From assembly GCA_038087875.1 (NCBI GenBank), contig CM075996.1, positions 1,986,001-2,050,000 on the forward strand: a DNA stretch of 64,000 nucleotides. The letters are read 5' to 3'. Within the stretch, counting starts at the first letter, position 1, and every line of letters starts with the position of its first letter. The notes below the pieces were generated by a model, which was given only the letters and a program-made list of their open reading frames with translations, was not told the DNA's origin and did no database searches. A program made the position numbers and the translations under genes. This DNA comes from Malacoraja senta. Taxonomy: Eukaryota. Of this stretch, positions 36,099 to 49,282 are shown one piece after another.

Positions 36099-37966
36099 CT
36101 GCAAGGACACGAAGCAGAGTTTGGTTTCGTTTAGAGATTTGGTTGGGAAGGAGTTTCATCCCAGAGGCCATTAGGACTGTAAACCCCTATCTCAACAGGG
36201 TCTAACTTTACTGAACCATTCTACTGTGGGTTTTTTTTTGTTTTTTCCTTCCGCCCACAATATGTAATATGTAAAAGATTATGTGATTCTGTTCCATTCT
36301 GTTTGTAGTTTGTTTTTTTGCACAAGGACCGCGAGCATTGCCACTTTTCATTCCACTGCACATCTCGTATGTGATGAATAAACTTGACTTGACTTGACTT
36401 GAGATACGGAGCGGAAACAGGCCCTTCGGCCCACTGAGTCCGCACCGACCAGCGACCACCAAGCACACTAACACTATCCTACACACACTGGGGACAATTT
36501 ACACTTACACCAGGCCAATTAACCTACAAACCTGCACGTCTTTGGAGGGCGGGAGGAAACCGAAGGATCTCGGAGAAAACCCACGCAGGTCACGGGGGGA
36601 CGTGGAAACTCCGTACAGACAGCACCCGTAGTCAGGATCGAACCCGGGTCTCCGGTGCTGCAAGATCTGTAAGGCAGCAACTCTACCGCTGCGCCACCGT
36701 GCAGCAGGCATTCCTTGTTTATCTGCAGGAAACTACTTTTGTCTTTCTTTGTCTGGACACTCCTCAATTAAACCGTTCATTAAACGACAGAGTGTGCTGT
36801 TTACACCAGCAACAGAAGTAAGATTTTAATTTATTAACATAGAAACATAGAAGATAGGTGCAGGAGTAGGCCATTCTGCCCCTTCGAGCCTGCACCGCCA
36901 TTCAATATGATCATGGCTGATCATCTAAAATCAGTACCCCGTTCCTGCCTTCTCCCCATATCCCCTTGATTCCTTTAGCCCAAAGAGCTAAATCTAACTC
37001 TCTGTTGAAAACATCCAGTGAATCGGCCTCCACTGCCTTCTGTGGCAGAGAATTCCACAGATTCACAACTCTCTGGCTGAAAAGGGTTTTGCTCATCTCA
37101 GTCCTAAATGGCCGACCCCTTATTCTTGTTTAAGAAGGAACTGCAGATGCTGGAAAAATCGAAGGTAGACAAAAGTGCTGGAGAAACTCAGCGGGTGAGG
37201 CAGCATCTATGGAGCGAAGGAAATAGGTGACGTTTCGGGTCGAGACCCCTTATTCTTAAACTGTGTGACCCCTGGTTCTGGACTCCCCCCAAGGATTTTT
37301 CCTGCATCTAGCCTGTCCAATCCCTTAAAGGGCTGCCCAACTTGGGCGAACTAATCCGCGAGTTCTGGCCAGTTTGCCCTCGACTCATACTCGCAGCATG
37401 GTCAACACAAGGTTGTAGGAGGTCTTCGTAACTCTCCTTCATGCCCGAGAGTGGTCTCCGCGTACTCGAGGCCTTAGCGAGGTCACGCTGTTTTTTTTTC
37501 AATATATTAAAAAATATGGCTGATCATCCAGAATCAGTACCCCGTTCCTGCCTTCTCCCCACATCCCCTGACTCCGCTATCTTTAAGAGCCCTATCTAGC
37601 TCCCTCTTGAATGTATCCAGAGAACCTGCCTCCACTGCCCTCTGAGGCAGAGAATTCCACAGACTCACCACTCTCTGTGAGAAAAAGTGTTTCCTCGTCT
37701 CCGTTCTAAATGGCTTACTCCTTATTCTTAAACTGTGTGTGTGGCCCCTGGTTCTGGACTCCCCCCCAACATCGGGACATGTTTCCTGCCTCTAGCGTGT
37801 CCAAGCCCTTAACAATCTTATATTATTCATCCTCTCCAGAGATGCTGCCGCCTGTCCCGCTGAGTTACTCCAGCGTTTTGTGTCTATTTCCAGAGTGAAG
37901 CTGCCTCTGCCCCCCCCCTCCCCCATGTACAGAGCCACGGGGGTCGCGCGCCGCGCCACGCCTCAC

Positions 37967-38049
37967 CTTTCGCTCCCCGAAGCACGAACCCGAATCCTTC
38001 GCTGTCTTTTTTCTGCAGCAGCACCGTTTTCTCCTTAATAATGTAGTCG
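37967..38049 (-). CDS. SHANK1: SHANK1 PDZ domain exon (N-terminal part, GFGF loop)
   Basis: 83 nt, ttcgcag/gtgagg; DYIIKEKTVLLQKKDSEGFGFVLRGAK. Confidence 0.96.
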
Positions 38050-38239
38050 CTGCGAAGAGAGAAGCCGGCGTTAGTTACAGTGGTTCCAAAAAGCCCCCGC
38101 ACGCCCCTCCTTGTCAGCGCCAGACCCCCCCCCCCCCCCCATCCCCGGTACATCAGTGACAGCAGCAGAATTAGGCCATTCGGCCCATCAAGTCTACTCC
38201 GCCATTCAATCATTGGCGGATCTATCTCTCCCTCCAAAC

Positions 38240-38666
38240 CAAAGACCCTATAGCGAGCAAGATAGACCACTCGCCGAAAAAGACGTGGTACGGTCATGGG
38301 CAGATTCACGGGTGATTTTCGGCCCCCATTTCCGTAACCGGCTTCCGTCTCCGCACCAAAGATCCAGTCATAGCGGAGCAAAGATACTAGTGCGGAGACG
38401 GAAGCCGGTTACGGAAACATCCTCGTAAAAATCAAAGTTCTTGGGTAAAAATCCTTTTCAGAATTTTCAGAAAAATCCTCATTTTCAGAATTATAATTTA
38501 TTAACACAAACTGTTCCCCCGCAACGTTGATTACACTCCGAGTCGGGTCGGGTCGGGTTACTGAAATGGATGAAAAAAAGGCCCACGTTCGGCTCCGTTG
38601 CGTACTACACGTCAGCCCATTGCATTTAGCAGGAGTGGTCTATCTTGCTCCGCTGTAGGATCTTTG
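38240..38666. mobile_element. Non-autonomous DNA transposon (hAT-like, 8-bp TSD) inserted in a CR1 tail
   Basis: ~33-bp TIRs caaagaccctatagcgagcaagatagaccactc / gagtggtctatcttgctccgctgtaggatctttg; flanks ctccaaac / ctcctaac. Confidence 0.8.
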
Positions 38667-39748
38667 CTCCTAACCCCATTCTCCTGCCTTCTCCCCATAA
38701 CCCCTGACACCCGTACTAATCAAGAATCTATCTATCTCTGTCTTAAAAATATCCATTGACTTGGCCTCCACAGCCTTCTGTGGCAAAGAATTCCACAGAT
38801 TCACCACCCTGAGGTAAAGATGGCTTTGCCTGTGTTTATAGTGTAGTTTAGTTTAGAGATACAGCACAGAAACAGGCCCTTCGGCCCACCGAGTCCGTGC
38901 CGGCCAGCGATCCCCACACGCTAACACTACCCTACACCCTCTAGGGACAGTTTACACATTTACACCGAAGCCAATTAACCTACGAACCTGCACGTCTTTG
39001 GAATGTGGGAGGAAACCAAAGATGGCGGAGAAAGCCCACGCGGTCACGGGGAGAGCGTGCAAACTCCCTACAGGCAGCACCCGTAGCCAGGATCGAACCC
39101 GGGTCGCTGCAAGCTCTATAAGGCAGCAACTCAACCGCTGCGCCACCGTGCCGCCCAGTTTAGTTCTGTTTAGATACAGCGTGGAAACAGGCCCTTCGGC
39201 CCATCGGGTCCACGCTGCCCAGCGATCCCTGCACATTAACACTATCCTACACTTTACAAATATTATCTCCTCATCTCTTTCCCAAAGGAATTAAAGGACG
39301 CTGCTTTAGGAAGGAGATGGGGAGGAATTTATTTAGTCAGAGGGTGGTGACTGTGTGGAATTCACTGGGTTCGATCCTGACCACGGGTGCTGTCTGTACG
39401 GAGTTTGCACGCTCTCCCCCCCGTGACCGTGTGGGTTTTCTCAAGGGAGCGCCGGTTTCCCCCCACGTGCAGTTTGTAGGTGAGTTGGCTTCTGTAAAGT
39501 GTAAATTGTCCCCAGTGTGTGTGTAGGATCGTGTGTGTTAGTGTGCGGGGGGGTGATCGCTGGTCAGCGTGGACTCGGTGGGCCGAAGGGCCTGTTTCCA
39601 TGCTGTATCTCTAAAGTCTAAATGTACCGGCCGAGGTACAGTGAAACGCAGCAGAGCTCCCCGAGGCAGCACTCTTGTGTAGCGCGAAGGTGGGCAAATA
39701 TGCTGGAGAAACTCAGCAGGTGAGGCAGCATCTATGGAGCGAAGGAAT

Positions 39749-39784
39749 AAGCGACGTTTCGGGTCGAGACCCTTCTTCAGACCT
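39749..39784 (-). ncRNA. Minimal type I hammerhead-ribozyme motif
   Basis: Minus strand aggt-CTGAAGA-A-GGGT(CTCG)ACCC-GAAAC-GTC-gctt. Confidence 0.65.
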
Positions 39785-39960
39785 GATGTGGGGATGGGGG
39801 GGGGAGGGGACGGGACGGGAAGAAGAAAGGAAGAGGCGGAGACAGTGGGGCTGTGGGAGAAAGTGTTTAAGAAGGAACTGCAGATGCTGGAAAATCGAAG
39901 GTAGACAAAAATGCTGGAGAAACTCAGCGGGTGCGGCAGCATCTATGGAGCGAAGGAAAT

Positions 39961-39996
39961 AGGCAACGTTTCGGGCCGAAACCCTTCTTCAGACTG
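39961..39996 (-). ncRNA. Minimal type I hammerhead-ribozyme motif
   Basis: Minus strand cagt-CTGAAGA-A-GGGT(TTCG)GCCC-GAAAC-GTT-gcct. Confidence 0.6.
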
Positions 39997-40394
39997 ATCT
40001 CTTCAGGCTGTGGGAGAGCTGGGAAGGGGAGGGGAAAGAGGGAGAAAGCAGGGACTACCTGAAATTGGAGAAGTCAATGTTCGTACCGCTGGGGTGTAAA
40101 CTGCCCAAGCGGAATATGAGGTGTTGTTCCTCCAATTTGTGGTGGGACTCACTCTGGCCATGGAGGAGGCCCAGGACAGAAAGGTCGGATTGGGAATGGG
40201 AGGGGGAGTTGAGGTGCTGAGCCACCGGGAGATCAGGTTGGTTAATGCGAACCAAGCGGAGGTGTTGGGCGAAACGATCGCCGAGCCTACGCTTGGTCTC
40301 ACCGATGTAGAGCAGCTGACCCTTGGTGACGCCAAAGTTACAAGTTCATTGAAGTTTAATCTTCAGTCCACCTTGGCCAAAGCAATCTGCCAGC

Positions 40395-40887
40395 TGCCAA
40401 ACACTTTAACTCCCCTTCCCATTCCCACACTGGCCTTTCTGTCCTGGGCCTCCTCCACTGTCAGAGTGAGGCCCAGCGCAAATTGGAGGAACAGCACCTC
40501 ATATTTTGCTTGGGCAGCTTACACCCCAGCGGTATGGACATTGACTTCTCTAACTTCAAGTAGCCCTTGCATCCCCTCTCTCTCCATCCCCTCCCCCACC
40601 CTAGTTGTCGTACTAGTTTCGCTGTCGTCCTGCTGCGTTTCACTGCCCCTCTAACTCGTCACCACCTTCCCCCGAGCCAACAATGGACCATTGTGGGCTC
40701 CACCTTTCCTTGATCACCGTTACATCTTTGCACAGCTTTCATTCATTTGTTCTACATCTCTCTCCACTGCCGTCTATATCTCTCGTTTCCCTCTCCCCTT
40801 GACTCTCAGTCTGAAGAAGGGTCTCCACCAGAAACGCCCCCCCCACCATTCCCTATCTCCAGAGATGCTGCCTGACCCTCTGAGTTA
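40395..40887 (+). mobile_element. Penelope-like element 3' end, divergent from the preceding copy
   Basis: HFNSPSHSHTGLSVLGLLHCQSEAQRKLEEQHLIFCLGSLHPSGMDIDFSNFK*, then 3' region with a decayed hammerhead motif at ~40811. Confidence 0.78.
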
Positions 40888-41103
40888 AAGGCCTGTCCCA
40901 CTTCCACGACCTAATTCACCACCTTTTTTACCCGTGGACATTTTTCATCAGGCTAGAAAAAACGCCCCGACCTACTTGATGCCACGAGTACCTACGACTG
41001 GCATCACGGCCTGCTACGGCCTACCTACGACCTCGTGACGAGCACGCTGCGAGTATGAGTCAAGGGCAAACTCGGCAGAGGTCGTGAAAGTGGGACAGGC
41101 CCT
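40888..41103. mobile_element. PIF/Harbinger-like MITE
   Basis: ~24-bp TIRs aaggcctgtcccacttccacgacc / ggtcgtgaaagtgggacaggccct; TTA on the left. Confidence 0.72.
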
Positions 41104-41959
41104 CAACATGTGTCTCTCCTGGCAAGAGATGGGTGGATACAGGTGAGGGGAGGGGAGGGGGTTTGATGGGCAGATGGTTGGACAAAGGTCAGAGCTGAAG
41201 ATACAGTTATATCCCACAGTAATTACTCGAACGTTGGGAACGGCCACAGCTATAATCCCACATGCGTTCAGGGCCCATGGCTGGGTTTATACAGCGCTGT
41301 GTCGCTCCATATCGCAGTATTGTGATCAATACTTGCACACCTCATCCGGTTAATCACACAGTCAATATTTGCCACTCAGTTCATTAACAAATACGGCCAT
41401 TTCTTGGTCACAAAGTAATATTATGCACATGGTTGTTCTCAGACGCAGTTTAGTTTAGTTTAGAGATACAGCGCGGAAACAGGCCCCTCGGCCCCCCCCC
41501 CCCCCCGGGTCCGCGCCGACCGGCGATCCCCGCGCACTAACACCATCCTACACATGCGGGCCAATTTATTCTGAATGTTTTAATGTTTTAAGTAAGTAAG
41601 TAAGTAAGTTTATTGGCCAAGTATTCACATACAAGGAATTTGCCTTGGTGCTCCGCCCCGCAAGTGACAACATGACATACAGTGACAGTTCGGAATGGCG
41701 CAAAAAACATGAAACATTAATAATAAGTGTGGGAGGAAACCAGAGCACCTGGGAGAACCCACGCAGGTCACGGGGAGAACGTACAAACTCCGTACAGACA
41801 GGACCCGTAGTCGGGATCAAACCCGTGTCTCTGGCGCCGTGAGGCAGCAGCTCCACCCGCTGCGCCACCGTGCCGCCCCACATTGCAGCATTACAGGCAT
41901 TTGAACACAACAAATAAATACACACAATCAATAATCCAACAAGTCAAAGTTGGACCAGG

Positions 41960-42360
41960 CAGACTATCGCCAACTGGTCCACCATAGAAAGCATCCCTAT
42001 CGAGATACAGCACAACTTGGTTGGGGGACAGCTCAGCCCAAGATCACAAGAAATAACAGAGAGTTGTGGATGGAGCCCAGTCCGTCACACACACAGACCA
42101 CACTCCCCACCATTGTAGATGTGGCCCAGTCCATCACACAGACCACACTCCCCACCATTGACTCCATCTACACTTCACGCTGCCTCGGGAAAGCAGCCGA
42201 CATAATCAAAGACTTGTCCCTGTCCCACCCCGGTCATTCCTTCTTCTCACCGCTCCCGTCCGGCAGAAGGTACAGAAGCTTGAAAGCGCGCACAACCAGA
42301 CTCAGGAACAGCTTCTTCCCCTCTGTTATCAGGCTTCTGAACGGTCCTTCCATAAGCCCG
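41960..42360 (+). mobile_element. Rex1/Babar-like LINE 3' fragment
   Basis: LPTIDSIYTSRCLGKAADIIKD...HPGHSFFSPLPSGRRYRSLKARTTRLRNSFFPSVIRLLN. Confidence 0.75.
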
Positions 42361-43806
42361 GGTACTGTCCGATTCACCTCTAGATGTAACCCAGTCCATC
42401 ACATAGACCACACTCCCCAACATCGACTCCATCTACACCACGCAACCTTGAGGATCTTGCCAGCAAAATCAAGAACCTTTTCTCACGCCAATCATTCCCT
42501 GTTCTCTCATCGACCACTGGGCAGGAGATACATATATGAAGGCATATATGACCAAAATGTACATATCAAGCATGTATATATACTTCAGAGTTTATATTCT
42601 ATAGATACAGCACATATAGACAATATAGACAATAGACAATAGGTGCAGGAGTAGGCCATTTGGCCATTCAATGTGATCATGGCTGATCATCCCCAATCAG
42701 TACCCCGTTCCTGCCTTCTCCCCATATCCCCTGACTCTGCTATTTTTAAGATCCCTATCTAGCTCTCTCTTGAAAGCATCCAGAGAACTCACCTCCACCG
42801 CCCTCTGAGGCAGAGAATTCCACAGACTCACCACTCTCTGTGAGAAAAAGTGTTTCCTCGTCTCCGTTCTAAATGGCTTACTCCTTATTCTTACACGATA
42901 TGAAGAGGGGTCTCGACCCGAAACGTCAACCCATTCCTTCTCTCCAGGGATGCTGCCTGTCCCGCTGAGTTACTCCAGCACTTTGTGTCTATCTTCGGTT
43001 TAAACCAGCATCTGCAGTTCCTTCCTACACATACAGCCTGTACCTGGATACACAAGTCACACTAAGCAGGCATCTGTACACTGTCAATGGGTCGATTGTA
43101 ATCATGTATTGTCTTTCCGCTGACTGGTAAACGTGACAATAAGCTAAACTGAACATGTTCCTAGTTTCACAGTTCAGTTTAGTTTAGAGATACAGCGCGG
43201 AAACAGGCCCTTCGGCCCATCGAGTCTGCGTGGCCCAACAATCCCCACACACTAACACTATCCTACACACACTAGGGACAATTTACAATTTACAATCCTT
43301 ACCGAAGCCAATTAGCCTACAAACCTGCACGTCTTTGGAGTGTGGGAGGAAACCGGAGAACCCCGAAAACCCCCCACGCAGGTCACGGGGAGAAGGTACA
43401 AACTCCGTACAGACAGCACCCGCAGTCGGGATCGAACCTGGGACTCTGGCGCTGTGAGGCAGCAACTCTACCGCTGCGCCACCCTTTCCAGCTTAGCAGG
43501 GTGACGGAAATTGAACACAATACTCCAAATGCAGCCTCGCCAACGTCTTGTACAACTCTAACACAACATTTGAGGCCTGTGAGCGGTGTGATGCAGAAAC
43601 ACAGCCCTCGGGCTCACTTAATGCAAAGACACACACTGTCCGTATTTGATCCTAGTCCCCATGACAAGCACCGAGATCTCCCAGACACTCAGCCTTGTCA
43701 CACACCATCACCGGAGGCAGCATCACGCCTGTATACACATGGCTATAGCTCAGACTATGGGGACACCTACAAACACACACAGCTGGCACTCTCACTGTTA
43801 GTGGAG

Positions 43807-44140
43807 ACACACACACACGCACACAGGCACGCACACGCACATACACACACACACGCACATGCATGTACACAGGCACGCACACACACACACGCACATGCAC
43901 GCACATACATACAGACACACACGCACACACACACACACACACACAGGCATGCCCGCACACGCACATACACGCACACGCACGCACATACATAGACACACAT
44001 GCATGCACACACACGCATGCACACACACACACGCACACACATGTACACGCACGCACATGCACATGCATACAGACTCACATGCACACACGCATGCACACAC
44101 ACACACATACACACAATCAGAGACACACATACACACGCAG

Positions 44141-44171
<31 letters not shown>

Positions 44172-44433
44172 GGCACGCACGCACACGCACATACACACAC
44201 GCACACACATACATACAGACACGCACACACACACACACACGCACACAGGCACACACACATACACACACGCACATGCACACACACACACACACACACACGC
44301 ACACACATACATACAGACATACATGCACACACGCACGCACGCACACACACATGTACACGCACGCACATGCACATACATACAGACTCACATGCACACACGC
44401 ATGCACACACACACACATACACACAATCAGAGA

Positions 44434-44493
<60 letters not shown>
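43807..44493. repeat. CA-rich microsatellite
   Basis: Direct inspection. Confidence 0.95.
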
Positions 44494-44494
<1 letters not shown>

Positions 44495-45497
44495 TGTTGA
44501 GACTGTGAATAGTCATTAATGAATGATCATTGAATATAGAACAGTTTTGATCAGATTGTGTGCAGACAGGTCTTGGTTGGTGTTGGCATGTTGGGCAAGG
44601 GAAGAGGCCCTTCGGCCCACAATGTCTGTGCTAAACATGATGCCAAGCCCACCCAGAGGAAGCCTTTGGGGGTCGCCTACACGACAGATAAACAGCCTTG
44701 GCCCTTGGGTCGTACGAGAGAGGGCAAGGGGTAATGGTACGCCTTCCCCCACTACAAACTTATCCTCTCTGGATCTGCCGGGATCAGAAACCTCCAGGGA
44801 CTATCGCAACGTTTAAGAAACATTTAGACATGTTTGTGCCAAAGGCAGACACACTTGTGGGACATTAAGGTTAGATGGGGCATCTTGGTTGGCACGGGAG
44901 AGTTGGGCCGAAGGGCCTGTTTCCGTGCTGTATCTCTCAGCCCATCGCACTGCACTGTTCCACCCCCTCTCAGTTCCCTTCATTATCTGCTCGACCTGAA
45001 TCCGGTTTGTAATTGGATTCGGGAAATGTTGGAGTCTGCAATCCCTGTTTAGAGACACACGGAGGAAGGCAGGCCCTTCAGCCCCACTTGCCCATGCCGA
45101 CCAACATGCTCACACGGCCCAGTGGTATGGATATAGACTTCTCCAACTTCTGCAAAGGGCCTGTCCCACTTGCGTGTCCTTGGCAGGCAAATTACGCGAA
45201 GGTCGCGCGCGACTTCATTCGACCGCACAGCCATCTGGAGCGCGTGACGTCATTTGAAGATGGACGCAAAATGCAGGGAGTAACTCAGCGGGACCGGCAG
45301 CATCTCCGGAGTAACCCCGGCATTCCCTCTCTCTCCACCCCTCCCCCACCCAAGTCGCACCAGCTTCTCGTTCTCACCCAGCAAACAACTAACAATGGCC
45401 TGTTTCCTTTATCACCTTTCATTCATTTGTTCTGTTTCTCTCAATAGACCTGTTTCCAAAAGGCCTGTTTCCATGCTGTATGTCTAAACTAAACTAC

Positions 45498-46048
45498 ACA
45501 ATAGACAATAGGTGCAGGAGTAGAGGCCATTCGGCCCTTCGAGCCAGCACCGCCATTCTCAATGTGATCACGGCTGATCATCCCCAATCAGTACCCCGTT
45601 CCTGCCTTCTCCCCATATCCCCTGACTCCGCTATCTTTAAGAGCCCTATCTAGCTCTCTCTTGAAAGCATCCAGAGAACCTGCCTCCACTGCCCTCTGAG
45701 GCAGAGAATTCCACAGACTCACAACTCTGTGTGTGAAAAAGTGTTTCCTCGTCTCCGTTCTAAATGGCTTACCCCTTATTCTTAAACTGTGTGGCCCCTG
45801 GTTCTGGACTTCCCCCAACATCGGGAACATGTTTCCTGCCTCTAGTGTGTCCAAACCCTTAACAATCTTATATGTTTCAATGAGATTCCCTCTCATCCTT
45901 CTAAACTCCAGAGTGTACAAGCCCAGCCGTTCCATTCTCTCAGCATATGACAGTCCCGCCATCCCGGGAATTAACCCGGTGAACCTACGCTGCACTCCCT
46001 CAATAGCAAGAATGTCCTTCCTCAAATTAGGGGGCCAAAACTGCACAC
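45498..46048 (-). mobile_element. CR1-type LINE 3' end
   Basis: VQFWPPNLRKDILAIEGVQRRFTGLIPGMAGLSYAERMERLGLYTLEFRRMRG... Confidence 0.88.
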
Positions 46049-47401
46049 GATCTCGTTTCCCTTTTCCGTGCCTTTCAGTCTGAAGGAGGGTCTCGACCCG
46101 AAACGTCACCCATTCCTTCTCTCCAGAGACGCTGCCTGTCCCGCTGAGTTACTCCAGCATTTTGGGTCTACCATCGGTTTAAACCAGCATCTGCAGTTCC
46201 TTCCTGCACTGTTAGATGGGCACCTGAATGTGGACGCATATGGATCACGTGCAGGCAGAGGAGATCGGTTTAGCCTGCTGTCATATTTAGCATGGATATT
46301 GTGAGCCGAAGGGCCTGTTCCTGTGCTGTACTGTTCTATGTTTGGTGGGACAGATGTCTTTGGAGGCCACCAGGCAGAGAGGGTGTGAGTCGGATACCCC
46401 ATGCACAAGATGCTATTAGTTTCCTTTGGGCTTTGGAGATACAGCGCGGAAACTGGCCCTTTGGCCCACCGGGTCGGTGCCGACCAGCGATCCCCAACAC
46501 TACCCCACACACACTAGGGACAATTTTACATTCGTACCAAGCCAATTAACCTACAGAGCTGCACGTCTTTGGAGTGTGGGAGGAAACCGGAGATCTCGGA
46601 GCAAACCCGCACAGGTCACGGGGAGAACGTGAAAACTCCGCACAGACAGCACCCGTGGCCGGGATCGAACCCGGGTCTCTGGAGCAACTCTACCTAAAAT
46701 ACTGTATCCGGGTGCTCCGGTTTCCTCCCACATCCCATAGACGTGCGGGTTTGTTGGTTAATCGGCCCCTGTGTAAGTCGCCCCCTCGTGTGTGGGGAGT
46801 GGATGAGAAAGTGGGACAGCACAGACCCGGCGGGCCGAAGGGCCTGTTCTCATGCTGTATCTCTAGTCTAAACTAGACTAAACTGCTCACAACCTCAGTC
46901 ACGTCTCTCCGGGAGAACACGCGTCAAGGGAGAAAGCACAAACATGTACACGCATGTTCCATGTCCGTGCACATAAAACATAGCACAGGAACAGGCCCTT
47001 CAGCCCACATGATGCCAAGTTTAACTCTCCTCTGCCTGCATGTGATACATGTCCCTCCATTCCCTGCAGATCCATTTGCCTGTCCAGAAGCCTCTTAAAC
47101 ACCACTATGGTATCTGCCTCCACCACCACCCCTGGCAGCGTGTTCCAGGCGCCCACCACCCTCTGTGTAAACATACCTGCCCCCCCTCAACATTGGGACC
47201 AGAAAGTCTCGTGCACGCTGAGAGACAGAGAGATGAGCAGGCAGATATTACACACACATACACATATATATATATATGTATACACACACTCACACACACG
47301 CGCCAATGTACACACATGGACATCCAACATGTATCAGTGTGCACACACACACACAAGCGCATCCTCACATGTGTGCAGACACGCAAATCCCACGCATGCA
47401 T

Positions 47402-47601
47402 NNNNNNNNNNNNNNNNNNNNNNNNNNNNNNNNNNNNNNNNNNNNNNNNNNNNNNNNNNNNNNNNNNNNNNNNNNNNNNNNNNNNNNNNNNNNNNNNNNN
47501 NNNNNNNNNNNNNNNNNNNNNNNNNNNNNNNNNNNNNNNNNNNNNNNNNNNNNNNNNNNNNNNNNNNNNNNNNNNNNNNNNNNNNNNNNNNNNNNNNNNN
47601 N
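47402..47601. other. Assembly gap (200 N)
   Basis: N run. Confidence 1.
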
Positions 47602-47994
47602 AGTACTAAGGAGATGAGGGGGGGGGGGCCTCATTGAAACTTACCGAGTAGTGAAAGGCCTGGATAGAGTGGATGTGGAGAGGATGTTTCCACTAGTGGG
47701 AGAGTCTAGGACCGGAGGTCACAGCCTCAGAGTTAAAGGACGTTCCTTTAGGAAGGAGATGAGGAGGAATTTCTTTAGTCAGAGGGTGGTGAATCTGTGG
47801 AATTCATTGCCACAGAAGGCTGTGGAGGTGGTCATTTGGGTATTTTTAAGGCAGAGATAGATAGATTCTTGATTAGTACGGGTGTCGGAGGTTATGGGGA
47901 GAAGGCAGGAGAATGGGGTTAGGAGAGAGAGATAGATCAGCCATGATTAAATGGTGGAGTAGACTTGATGGGCCGAATGGCCTAATTCTGCTCC

Positions 47995-48330
47995 TTACAG
48001 AGCTGTATTGTCCAGGATGCTCCGCAGTTTGAGGAGCATCCCTCCCCTCCAAGACCAACCTCCCATCAGTCCAACTCCAACTCCGCCCCCAGGACAGAGC
48101 CAGCCTTCCTGATGAGTTTGTTGATCCTGTTGGCGTCCGCGGCCTTCGCCCTGCTGCCCCGGCACACGGCAGCGAAGAAGATGGCACTGGATACCACCGA
48201 TTGTAGAACATCTGCAGCATCTCTCTGCAGATGTTGAAGGAGAGGAGCCCTTCTCAGAAAGTACAGATGGCTCTGTCCCTTCTTGACCAGGGCCTCAGTG
48301 TTCCTGGACCAGTCTAGTTCACTGTACCTT
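47995..48330 (-). mobile_element. Rex1/Babar-like LINE RT C-terminal fragment (second subfamily)
   Basis: LDWSRNTEALVKKGQSHLYFLRR...VVSSAIFFAAVC...ANRINKLIRKAGSVLG. Confidence 0.7.
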
Positions 48331-49282
48331 AGTATATGTAACATAGACTAAACTAAACCTTGCTCTGTTTCTCTCTCCCAGGGAAGGACTCTCACCCAAA
48401 TTGATCTTTCCTGACCACAAAACCCTTTCGACTTGGAATCAGTTCCTGAAAGTCACCTTCCCCTTCAGTGTCTCCCTGCGTCTCTCATGGACTGAATCTA
48501 TCTCCAAGGCTGATTCATTGCCCGTTTTTCTATGAGCAATAAATATTTTTGCAAGCCTCACGCCCTTCTTGATATCTGCATTGTGTCACGTATGAGGAAT
48601 GTTGACCCTGGTTCTGTGACCAACACCCTCTCAAACGTTTCATTCATATGTTCACCATCTATATCTCTCGTTTCCCTCTCCCCCGACTCTCAGTCTGAAG
48701 AAAGGCCTCGACCCGAAACATCACCCATCCATTGTCTCCAGAGATGCTACCAGACCCGTTGACTTAATTTTGCTCCTATCCCTTATGAATTTTGAAGACA
48801 GATACAAAATGCTGGAGTAACTCAGCGGTCAGGCAGCATCAACAATCAAGTCCACAGATATCCCGCCATTTCCCAGTCGGTTAGATCATAAGGTCATAAG
48901 TGATACATAGATACATAGAAAAATAGGTGCAGGAGTAGGCCATTCGGCCCTTCGAGCCTGCACCGCCATTCAATATGGTCCATGGCTGATCATCCAACTC
49001 AGTATCCCGTACCAGCCTTCTCTCCATACCCCCTGATCCCCTTAGCCACAAGGGCCACATCTAACTCCCTCTTAGGAGCAGAATTGGGCCATTCGGCCCA
49101 TCAAGTCTACTCTGACACTCAATCATGGCTGATCTATCCCTCCCTCCCAACCTCATTCTCTTGCCTTCTCCCCATAACCTCTGACACCCGCACTAATCAT
49201 TGACAATGTTAATGATAAACCTGCTGTTAAACTGGCTGGAGTTTATGGTTTAATAAGACCATTCATTCTGAAAGGCAGTGGA

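Larger units (their letters stand above)
39690..40325 (-). mobile_element. Penelope-like element 3' end (GIY-YIG endonuclease C-terminus plus two terminal repeats)
   Basis: LPVAQHLNSPSHSQSDLSVLGLLHGQSESHHKLEEQHLIFRLGSLHPSGTNIDF*, followed by two copies of the hammerhead-bearing repeat. Confidence 0.8.

Noticed and set aside
23517..38049. SHANK1 as a pseudogene
   Set aside because: All splice sites and phases are intact, domains are highly conserved, and three of the four shifts sit at or near G/C homopolymers
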